Below, one piece after another: positions 38,758 to 50,100 of a stretch of DNA of 64,000 nt (the stretch's first letter is position 1; each line of letters opens with the position of its first letter). The translations under genes and the position numbers were made by a program. The notes under the pieces were generated by a model that made no database searches, was not told the DNA's origin, and saw only the letters and a program-made list of their open reading frames with translations. The DNA is from Phoronis australis (taxonomy: Eukaryota > Animalia > Phoronida), in the NCBI GenBank assembly GCA_002633005.1, contig NMRA01000451.1, positions 290,892 to 354,891 on the forward strand, in the 5' to 3' direction.

Positions 38758-39104
38758 AGAGACACAGTCGGTTTTAGAGTCGAAAAACGCTTTGTGGGAT
38801 TATGTGGGATTATTGTTGGGTAGATTTTGTGAAGTTATTATCTTAGACTTGAGCTATAACACAGCAAAATCCATTGTGATTTGTGGTTTTATTAGAAATC
38901 ACCTATTCTAGATGTTGGCTTCCAGTCATTCAGCAAAATCAATTGAAACTGAGGCCGATGACCTTAAAATAATCGGCTACTTTAGTTGCCGCATTGACTT
39001 TTAGCTTTACTAGCAGAGCGTCGGACTGCGACCGCTGGGTTGTCGGTTCCAATCCATCTTGGCACTGATTGCAAATGCATAACATTGTCGCCGATCATGT
39101 CACT
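38758..39104. mobile_element. TTAA-flanked (Kolobok-like) MITE with an internal tRNA-like segment
   Basis: ttaa|agagacacagtcgg ... ccgatcatgtcact|ttaa; related ends at about 46610, 48487 and (inverted) 56770-56850. Confidence 0.65.
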
Positions 39105-39554
39105 TTAAATTGGCAATTTTGACTTGACCGTCACTAGACCTACCTGTAGTTCGTGACACTACGTAGACAAATAAGCAAATTCGACACATAAACCTTACAT
39201 CTCATTTCAACTATAGCGCCACTTTGAGCCTCCTTGCATGTGATCGCTATGATAATATATAAATGTCAATTGCAGAACGTATATATGTTTACTTCATCGC
39301 TTAACACAACAACACAATCTCTGATATGGTTGATATTTGGTAAGTTTCTAATATTCCAATGTTTGTGTCGGAAACGCAATCAAAAATGACTGCGGAAACC
39401 TAAAAGTATTTTAAAGTGAGTTTCGTGGAGCACTGAATCTTAGATTCTTTATTTAAACCCGATTACTTCATCACTTCGTTTTTCGAAGATATCTAATGCA
39501 AGACGGCGATGACCGGAAGTACATTTTGGGAGCCCAAATGCGTAACAACCGTAC

Positions 39555-39761
39555 CTGTCTCGCAGTCCTTGATTTTCGTAGATGATGACGTGCCGGAGAT
39601 CGGTGCTCCCGAGGGGTCAACACACCAGTAGAAGCCTGTAGGCGGGTGGTGTTGCGTCTTACTGTAAGTTCCGTCCGGATTACACGAGGGGACGAATGCA
39701 CCGCTACTTTGCTTTGCACTTTCTCTCTCCAGCAGGCACTTTGTCTTAAGCCCCGACTTAT
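39555..39761 (-). CDS. SMOC: SMOC exon 3, thyroglobulin type-1 domain 1
   Basis: TKCLLERE...FVPSCNPDGTYSKTQHHPPTGFYWCVDPSGAPISGTS...DC; phase 1-1. Confidence 0.95.
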
Positions 39762-42713
39762 CTGAGAAACAGAAAGATTGAAGGCTGACAAAATTGACCT
39801 TTTCGCGAATTCGAGAATATAAATACAGTGGTAGGGATAATTTTAAGTGCGTACCTAGCGTCATTGGCGCATAAAAAATTCCTTGGTGCGTTGCGATTGC
39901 TTAAGTCGGTCGCAATCATATCTTATTTTGACTTGAATAGTACGCCTTTGCATTCAGATTCTACAAAACTACCAACGTAGACCAGCAGATCATTACTATT
40001 GCCTGTGACCAGTAAACAATTTGAGTAACACGGGGTCTTGGATAGTGTGAAAATACAGATCCCAATTCTGGATTTATGGGTAAGTTAATGCTGAAATGCA
40101 GTTAGCCATAGACCAGTTACTTGTCACGGAGTTGACGAAATAAGGCACCTGAAAATACCTCCCCTCGCCCGAATAATCAAATAGTCAAAGGATAGAAAAT
40201 ATTAACGTGATCCATAGGTTCTCCCAATTAGCCCATAGATGTCGAGGTCCAGTGTGTCAGTTGACTCATAGCCCCGTTTTTCCTAAAATGATCTCATCAG
40301 TTAATTTAACCAGCACCAGTTAACCACGCGGTCACAAGCTTGATGCCATGCGAATCGTCCTCGCTGAAAATCCAATGGACTATGGTCCATCGTAGTGAAG
40401 AATTTTTTCTGACCAAGATTCACTCCATCGAGTAAATGAGAACTAACACCTTCAACCTGGTCCTTATCAACGGCACAGTCTTGTATATCGATATACCACT
40501 TCCTGCACGAGAATAATAAATATTATTAATAAATCCAAACCAACACGTGCTTCATTATTCTTCGGCTTGTTACTAGTTACACATTTTCGGCAAATTACGA
40601 ACTCTGATTCATACTTTTACGAGATCTAAATGAAGGTGCGCCACTTAATACCTTCAGCGTCTATAACAGTTCCTAACAAACACCATCCCAAGAATAGCAC
40701 CAACATTTCCTGCCGACGTTTTTACAGCGACTATTTCGTATTAATTTTCTCCAACTTTTTATACCGTCTAGAGAGAGATTGGTTACGGAGACAACTATAC
40801 CGGTGTCCCAGCCAGCGCACGTGTATCGCCCTGGCCCACCTGCGGCGTCAACTCTGACTAGTTGAAATGAATGCCCAGAGTTCAATAGGCGAGTAAAAAA
40901 CGTAGTTGTTTTCTAAGTATAGTCTTCATCCTACAGTGGTTAGCGCTGTTGAAAGCCCATCAATTAAATACAGTAGAAGACTAGCGCGCTAGCAGTGTGT
41001 ACACTCGAGACAAGTTGATGGGGCTCAGGTGTGTTTACAGTTCTTCTACCTGGTCAGGTGCACCGCCCAGGTACAATATACGCGCCTTTATGGTGACCGC
41101 AGCTTTCATAAGAAGGATATATTACTTATTAAGAACAGTCTAAGTTTTATTTAAATGCTGTTCAACAGTTTACTCTTGTCCATTACTGTTTATTATTATT
41201 ATTCTTGTTGTTTACCAGCACATTATGTAGTGTAATTTTTGGAAATTATTTTCAATTCTTAACAATATTTGAAAACTGTATTTCTGAAATGTAGTTTCTA
41301 TTAATGACACGCTCTCTCAGTCTAAAAAGTAACTGCATCTCAAACACTTGATGACGTAATAGTACGTGGTGTTGAGGCAAAATTTTGGGGGTAATTCTAA
41401 AGTTCGAGGGTAAATACAAACTATTTCGTTCATTTAGCGGAAGCTACGTAGCCCGGATATAGTTTACAAGACCAAGTAGTCTTAGTGCAGCGAAGTGAGA
41501 TTTAGCTACGATTGAAAATGTTTAACCTGGTTTGTTTTAACGAAAAACCTTGCAACTAATACTAGCTAAACGGACTTTTTGTATGCAAATTGAAAAGAAT
41601 GACTGAGCACAACTTCCTCATGAAAATCACGACTTTATTATGAGACTCAAACATTTTCATTTCTGTCTCTTCGATTTTGATTGACATTTACGACTTCAAA
41701 ATAGTGAACTTGTGACATAGACATATTTTAACGCTGGCAATCCTATTCAGATCACACTTTAGTTTTCGCAAACACGGTGTACCAAGCAGGCTCTATTTCC
41801 GATGCCTGGCCGTTGAGGCTGACTCTCTGGATCAGCGGTAGTAATTATCTTATATTTAAGTTATATGGTTGAAGTAAATATATTCAGGTGTCGGTTCAGG
41901 TGTGTGACCATCTGCGTTATCGCGACAGGCTTTCTCATCGCACGGCTTCACATGTGGCGACCAGATGAACCGAGCAACACTGCCATGGCTTATGTCAATA
42001 TTTATCATCGTGACGTCATCGATTACCCGACCAGCTGACTTGGCGGACTGGTCACAGTAAATTTCATCGCGGCGAGGCAATGAAAACAATTGCTCTATTT
42101 TTCTCGGTTGTCATATTTTGTTACGGGTAGTATTTGAGGGCATTTTGAACACTCAGGAGATGTGAAATGTGTGAATTTCGAAGGGGACTGAGAAGACTAG
42201 ACGTTGCCACTGGTGACCGTCCTCTGGCTCTGGCCCCTCGAGGTACCCTCAGACATGAGCAATCACCGTCAGCATCAATGTGGGATTTCATCTCAAGAGG
42301 GTAATGAACGCCACATTAGATAACAGTGCCTTTACCAAGCACAGGTGTTCACTATGTCGGCATTAATGAGACGGGTTGATGCAAAATTGACCTGCATCGA
42401 TGTTCAAATTTTCTGAGGGTTTACTCAAGGTGTATTCTTAGTCTAATAACTCAATGCGCACACCCAGCCTAAAAAATGAGGGGCTCGAATTTTTGAGAAT
42501 GTGGACCTTTTACCAAGATTCACTGAGTACGTTCAAAGCTACGAATTGTGCATTCACCGAATTTTGGTAGTTCCTACCTTTTTTAGTGGACTTTTGTCTC
42601 GTTTCCTACTTTTTGGAGATTTTGTTTCTCTGAGGAGGGCCCTTTTGCCCACTTCGTCAAATGGGGGATCTCGTTCGATCTCCCCCTGTCCCCCCTCTCN
42701 TTACTCCGACAGA

Positions 42714-42715
<2 letters not shown>

Positions 42716-42746
<31 letters not shown>
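42716..42746. repeat. (GATT)n microsatellite
   Basis: About 7 units. Confidence 0.95.
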
Positions 42747-43710
42747 CTGGTTACTACACAAAACTACAGAAGGGTTATGAGTATTATCTCTATTTTAAAA
42801 ATAAAACATTTGTTGTAAATGATGTATTCGTTTTTTGACAATCTTATACGGCAGGGTTAGGATTATGGAATTAACCTCAACAAAAGAATGGGTGAAAACA
42901 CACCAAAGGGTTACTTTCTCACGGAAGATCCCTACGTGTTAATCCCCTTTTCCCCTCTCTATTGGTGGGTATCCTAATTTTCCAGCTGAACCTCCCCCCG
43001 TCCAAATATAGCAGCATACCCCCCGATGTACCCTCACGTGCGATAAGGATTCCTGATTGTCAACATGATTAAACTTTTGGTGCCATAAGATTTCTTCCAC
43101 TCAAGTCCTCACTCACCCTCTCACCCACCTCCACCCTTTTCGTCCCGCCGTTTAGATTTAATCCGTCAATATATTACAAGCCGGTGTTACAAAAATTTAT
43201 TGTTGAGTCAGCGTGACCAAATAAATTCGGAAGTTGGCCTATGAGTCGCATGACGCCTGTTAAAGCGCTTCCGGCAGGTTTATACCTAGCTATGAGAAAA
43301 AACGGTCAGGAATTTGAATAATCTATACCCTGTCAGTTAGTTTGTTTAGTGATTCTAAATTGAGCCATCAATGACCTATGTTAACAAAACAACGCAAGTT
43401 TGTGTTTATATAAGTCTTACTTTGATAAATTGGCGTGAAAGTGCGAGCCTCGTGTGCAGCTGGTTTGTCCAACCTTGGTCGCGTTGCAAAATAACACGAA
43501 CACTAGAATTTGACTCAGTCGTCCATCGGGTTCAGTAAAGTTGGGTTGCACTTTACCTCCAACAACAGTAATTATCTGTGAAGGTATTTTTATGGATAAA
43601 TCTGGTGAATTACTCTTCTGATGATTGATTTTGTTTAGACAACACACGAAAATAAAATTTGTTTATCACTATTTCAACAGTTAAAATATCTCAAACTACA
43701 GCAATAGAAG

Positions 43711-43870
43711 CAGTGACGGATTTAAGGGTGAACCAAGGGGGCATGGCCCTCCTAAAATTCTCCCAGATTCCATTTGGCAGTACAGGGGTGCGAATGTCTG
43801 ACGGGCAAAATCCTGGCTAATTCTCTGCTCTGTCCCATCCCCCCAACTCAAAATCCTGGATCCGCCCCTG
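43711..43870. mobile_element. MITE, CAG(G/T)GGCGGAT family, 5-bp TSD AGAAG
   Basis: cagtgacggattt ... ggatccgcccctg flanked by agaag on both sides. Confidence 0.9.
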
Positions 43871-45126
43871 AGAAGTCATATAAACAACCACCTCCTTGAA
43901 CAGTAGCCTAAGTAGCGGCATCATCAATTCAAATTAAAACCAATGTTTTACAAAAGAAATAAATACGAAAAGTTAAAAGCGTCCTGTTAGTTGCAACACT
44001 TTTCGACAAACTAGCAGACAGAATATGCGAATCTGGCGATATCGGATGACAATACAGGAGTTTACGGATTCGAATTGAGCATGCGCAACGCGTACGCACT
44101 CTCGTGGTGGAGCACTGGTTAGAGTAAACAAGATGATTATTGCGCTCTGAACAATAAAATGTTGATTTGTCTTGAAATAGCAAGTAGATGACGAAAAAAG
44201 CGCTTGATAAGTTGATGTCATAGTTGCGTGAATGCTGCTGCTGGACAATGCTGACCCTGGAGTGGACTTACTGAGTACGTGGCCGATCTTGCTAATACCG
44301 GATTTTTACCATTGGCGCTCGAAAATTGAGCACACGAAGTTCTTGGGATATGTCGGAAATGGCATAATTGCAACCATTTGACAATCCAATCGACATCTTT
44401 CGAAAATTTTTGATTTGAACAGGCCTTAGTCCCCTGCACGTGAATTAGTTTGTTTATCCTACTCAATTTACATTCCCAGGATGGTAGTCGAAACATGCAT
44501 ACAGTGTGAGCCATAGATGGTGCGTGCTGTTTGATATAAATCCACAATGTCACAAAATTTTCTCGTTGAAGGAAATCTCCACTGCGTGTAAACGATAGGG
44601 TACGGTGCAAAGGCAAGCCTACCCGTACGAGAATAGTTTTACCAAAATCAAACGTAAAATTTGTGTCTTTTGAAAACATCTTGACTTACTCCAGAATTGC
44701 CGATGCAGACTGACACTTGCAGAGTTTGTTTACAAAAACAAGGTTTCCTGGTCTTTCATCTAAACAAATCTGAAGTTCATTAGTAATTGCAAGTCGGTGT
44801 TTTCTGCCAAAATCACCTTTGCTGCCAACGATTCCGGTTTCGTTTACGTAACTTGAAACGGTCACGTGAAGTCAAAAAAGTATAACTACATCCTACACTG
44901 TGCCAGAATCACGTCTGCTCGTTTAGACCGAGTGTTGTGTACTTGTGAGTGCATTAATCAAACCAGAAACTATGCCGAACATTTGCGTTTCCCCCCTCTT
45001 ATATTTTATGTTTAATAGCGTTTTTATTTCAACCCTCGTTATTATATTTAATACCGTTTTTTATTATTTCAGTCCTCGTTGTTATTCATCGGACTACACT
45101 CTTTAAAGGTCAAAAATGACAGTTTC

Positions 45127-45287
45127 CAGGGGCGGATCCAGGATTTTGAGTTGGGGGGCCACAGCAGAGTATTAGCCAGGATTTTGCCAGTCAGACGTTC
45201 GCAGCCCCCAACTTCCACGTGGAATCTGGGAGAATTTTAGGGGTGGCATGGCCATGGCCCCCTTGGCCCCCTCTAAATCTGCCACTG
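45127..45287. mobile_element. MITE of the same family in opposite orientation, 5-bp TSD GTTTC
   Basis: caggggcggatcc ... aaatctgccactg flanked by gtttc on both sides. Confidence 0.9.
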
Positions 45288-46121
45288 GTTTCCTCGTATC
45301 ATAGTGTCTCGTTGTTTATGATATGACTTGACAGTGCGTAATTTAAAAGTTCGACAAGTCAGCTGACTGCGGTGGTAAACTTTGACATAAACCATTCTTT
45401 TGAAAGCCGGTTGGTATTGTGTTTGGTAGATACGGTGTCGCGTGGTCGATAAAACAACGTAAAGACACATTTTACCCTTCTGGTTCCCAAAGGTATGTCA
45501 CGGTGTACGGAGGACTATAAACGGAAAACGCATCACAAAACAGGTTGTGGAGGGCGTTTGACTGCTTGAAATGTATGTTTCTGAAAACGACTCAATGGAA
45601 TTAAGCATCATGTCATTTAAACAGTCATTTAAACAGTCATTTAAAACAACCGAATGCCTGAGTACTCACTGTAAAATTGAAGTAAATTCTTGATTTTGAC
45701 TGACATTCGCTGACATAGTCCATGTTTGAGAAACCCAGCAAAAGCTAGGGAATGACTCCAAAAGTAGACCCATAGGCCTGTTTCCGTGAGCTATTTGCGG
45801 TGGTAAATTTGAAGAACATCCCTTAACGAATCTTAGAATGGATTTACAGACGTACATGTTCACTGAACAATGTCATCTGGTAAAAATATTCATGGTAGGA
45901 TGTTAAATATTCGTTTGAGGTTCCTTTTACAGAAGTGTAATACCAGTCGGCGACACACTACACACTACACTTCAACACGACACCACGCAATACATATAAT
46001 TCAAGACTTAGTAAGACCGTCATGTATCACCCTGCGATTACCTCTAAACACGCTTTCAGTGTCATCAGTAGAACCAGACGGACTGAGATTACGGTGACAC
46101 TCCCCTCAGACGTGTACTTAC

Positions 46122-46281
46122 CCGGACAAGGGCCTTTGCTGGCTTCCGATACTCTTTTTCTGTCACATTTTTTGGCTTTGCGTAATTCACATTTGGACGG
46201 ATAGGTGACACCGTCTGAACCACACACTTGTCTTTTCTTTGCCCTCGAACAGTTTATAGGGCATGGGGCGCGCTTATCCCT
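46122..46281 (-). CDS. SMOC: SMOC exon 2, Kazal/follistatin-like domain
   Basis: RDKRAPCPINCSRAKKRQVCGSDGVTYPSKCELRKAKKCDRKRVSEASKGPCP; acceptor ctccag, donor gtaagt. Confidence 0.95.
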
Positions 46282-46776
46282 CTGGAGAACGGTAAATATA
46301 AATTAACAAGCTGCTCATTACAACTATCCGCATCAGCCTCAGCAAATAAAAAGAATACCAGAAAGCCATCAGTTTTGACAAGGCTGGTCAAATTCGCCCG
46401 CCTTAAGTCTATTGTCATATAGAAAACAATTGCTGTCACGGCACTGATACAGGTCGTTGTGAAAACTGCTTTCGTGAATTCCTGAAATTTGATTTGGTGA
46501 ATTCCAGGTCTCAAGTGAACATTAAATCCATCTTCAACACTTAGCCATCTTTCTGAAACAGTGGACTATTGTTTTTTAACTAGATTAACCCTTTGAGATG
46601 AGGACTTTAAAGGACAAGGCAGGTTTCACAGTCGAATATCGTTGGATGGAATAGACTTTTTATCGTTTAGCTTTGACCAGAGCTGTAAATCAACAAAACC
46701 TTTTGTCATTTTTTGTGATAATTCTCGCCTTAGTTTCCCAGACAGTCAATGAAATGAAAGCCTGTGATTTTACCAC

Positions 46777-47126
46777 TTCAATACACTAAAGTGCTCTACC
46801 AGTTATCCAGTAGGGTTTATTTCCGCCTACAGAGCGTTAGACTGTGATTGCGTAGACCACAGTTCAATACACTAAAGTGCTCTACCATTTATCCAGTAGG
46901 ATTTATCTCCGCCAACAAATTTTTAGACTGTGATCTCGTAGACTGCAGTTCAATACGTTTAAGTGCTCTACCATTTATGCAGTAGGATTTATCTCCACCA
47001 CCAGGGCGTTAGACTGTGATCGCGTAGACTACAGTTCAATACACTAAAGTGCTCTACCATTTATCCAGTAGGATTTATCTCCGCCAACAGGGCGTTAGAT
47101 TGTGATTGCATAGAGTACAGTTCAAT
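46777..47126. repeat. Tandem repeat, 86-bp unit x4, with a tRNA-like sub-sequence
   Basis: ttcaat recurs at 46777, 46863, 46949, 47035 and 47121. Confidence 0.95.
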
Positions 47127-50100
47127 GATGTCCCTCAGCCATTGATGCCCCATTTCTAACACTCGGGTGTTCACAAAAATGTAAGACTATTTGCTTAAAT
47201 AATTTTGAAGGAAGGCTTTATGGATTATTTAAACTAATATAGTTAATTAGAACTAAATCAATAAAAATTAATCAAAATTACTCGCGGCATCAGTACAGAC
47301 TTCATGAAAAGCTGTCTTCAGGGATTATAATTATTCGAAATGCCACGGTAGTTCCGCTGAGATCAATTAAATCAGTTGACGTCATCATTATCCCATGTGT
47401 TAAAATTACTTAATTTGGATTAACCCTGTTTCATAGTAAAACTAACACAATTCCTCAAGAACCATAGCAGACGATAATGTTATTTTAAAGGCGTTCCGTT
47501 TCTGTGGAATTACCTCGTTTAACCAATATACTTAGCTGTGCTGCTAGGAAGTTGGGTGAAGTCAAGTAGCTTATTTTATCAAAATAACACATTCATCTGC
47601 CTGCACATCAGTCTACACAGACGACTTCTTTTATCAGCGACTGTTAAAAAAATCTGACATGACCTTGTGGTTGAAACAAAAACAGTGTTATCACTTTTTC
47701 CTGGTTAACTATTTCAAAACTTGTTGGTATCGACCTTCGTCGACCGGGATGACATGCCTCCACGGTACGGTGGATTCCCGGGTGCTTTAAAAATGGTTCT
47801 ATCCAGGAATACATCGCTAATTATTAAGCTTTCAAATCTCATCCCGGAAAGAACATTGTCAAGCAACCGTCCCCCTTCCCCTAGAGCCCACACTTCACAA
47901 GGCGACAAGAGCCTCCCCCTCCCCAAAGGCGACAAGAGCCCCCCCAGACATTGTTAAATGACCCGTCCATGTCAGAAGAGTTATACAATGAAGAAACTAT
48001 GACCGTGTTCTACAATTTAACCTTATACGGTTTCATCTCTTACGCCCACATGTATTTGCACCAGGCTGGTCCTAGAAATAAACACTTGAACACTTGAAGT
48101 GTAGTGTTTGTACATGGAGGCTTTTAATTAACTCTAAACAACAGACAGCAGAACCCTGATACAAAAACATATCGCCAGACAAGTATCGATGTGTGTGAAT
48201 CGGGAGACAAAATATACAAATCATTCGGCGTTGGATATAATCATCCATGAGATTGTCTTGATGACCGAAGTTGATAGTTCTCAGACTGAAGTCATTTTAC
48301 ACTAATCAGTATTTGATGATATGTACCCAGACAATACTACACGCAAATTTGCCTGATAGCAAATGGCCATGTTATATAGTTAATTGTACTTGTTCTCCAG
48401 AAAATTGATCTCATAGCTTAGGAATTGAGTTCATAACGACCAGTCGTCGACTGCTCTATACGGCGTAGTTTCCCTTCTAGACTTAAGGGGACACGACCAA
48501 AAAAACGTAGTTGTGGGATAACTGTTGGGTCGAAGAGACTTATTAAAGTTGTTAGCTTTGGCCAGAAACATGAACAAGAAAATGTTTTTTCTTTTGGTCG
48601 AGAATTATCATCACTGTCTCTCAGACGTTCAATGAATCGAGGCCGTAATTTTACTAGTTAAATACGGAGATTGTCAGTCTTCTCGCCGACAATATCTCTT
48701 GAAGGCGTTTCGTCATCTCGAGTGGTATTGTTCACGACCGATCTGAACGTCACAAAGAAATGTCAGCGAAAGAAACCGCAACTATTTTACGTCCATGTAA
48801 ATATAAAGTTCTACAGACAGATTTTAGGTTAGACTTTTTGTACACCCGGGGCGAGTTTTAGTTGCAGAGTCTGTCGCCAGAAATTTTTCTCTTTTGGTTT
48901 GCCTTTTAGTCTGCTCCTGAACAGGATTCGTGTTGTAAGTAGATTTTTCTGACATTTACCTTTAACTTGATTTCTAGAAATAGGCTAAGCCATCTGTGGA
49001 CTGATATTTAGTCAAAAGGCAATAGACTCTTCGGGAAACATACCCCATGAGAAAAACCACGTTTTGTTGAAAACGTACCGGTTAAAGATTGCCAGTGGCC
49101 CCTGGTAATCAACAAAACAAATATCTGCATTAATTACCTGAAAGGTGTGCTTGTAATCACAATACGTTGACACAAGATTATGTAATGAAACAGCGTCATC
49201 ATAAACCAAAAATGTGCTAAAGCATCACAACAGTGAACGCCAGGGGGCGCGAAGCAAGTGTATATAGAGGGCTCGTGTGATTATGTAACATGGTCGTTGA
49301 CACTTATGAGGCGGACATGAAGAGGGGAAATGACTTAAATTACTGCCCTCATTATGATGTCACAAAGTTTGTATAACAAAAGTTAAGACTCCTATTGACT
49401 TGTTGCTCATGATCGGGTGTCAAACTGTTCTTAGCAACTTGTCTGGAAACAGCTCCTGTGTGAAATGGAGCGGAGTATTTGTCGTATGGGTTAGGTATGA
49501 AACAATGTCCGAGTGTAAATGTTAACAAAAAGTAATGGAGCGAAATCAGTTACTGAATCTCAATTTGGACTAAAAATGACTTTATCGGGCACCACCTTTG
49601 AAAATTTTGTTTATCATCCTCAGCAGGATGGGACTAATACCCCAATGGCATTTCTCAAATGAAATTGGCTCTGTTACTGGGGCTGTGCCAGGACGTCCAT
49701 TCAGTACCTCATTGGTCCGTGAGCTATTGATTGTTATGTTCGGTCTTTAAATTTCTCATTTCAGTTACATAAAAATCACTGTAACCACTTTTAAATGACA
49801 AGTCATTGTTGACACTGGCGGAAAAATAAAGCTTGCAAGTGGACAGTGAATACAACCGAGAACTATTTACATTACGCTCATTTTTATCTTTGAACTGCTG
49901 GATTTTTAAGATAACTAAAGTTAAATCTGCTTTTATGCCAACATGAAGTGCATTTCCATCAAAGTTATCTATATCCGTCTCCGAAGGTTGCTTTACTTGT
50001 ATGACAACCTAAAACCCAGTCTGAATCGATACAGGCCATGGTTTGCACATTTGTCGTACATTTGCCTATTTTTCGTCATAAACTTTTCAAAGTGACCGAT

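Noticed and set aside
38999-39065. Functional tRNA gene (also 23184-23680 and 61532-61590)
   Set aside because: Acceptor stems do not pair, the boxes are degenerate and all lie inside repeats.
44218-44679. 153-aa intronic ORF on the minus strand
   Set aside because: No recognisable homology or SMOC-compatible content.
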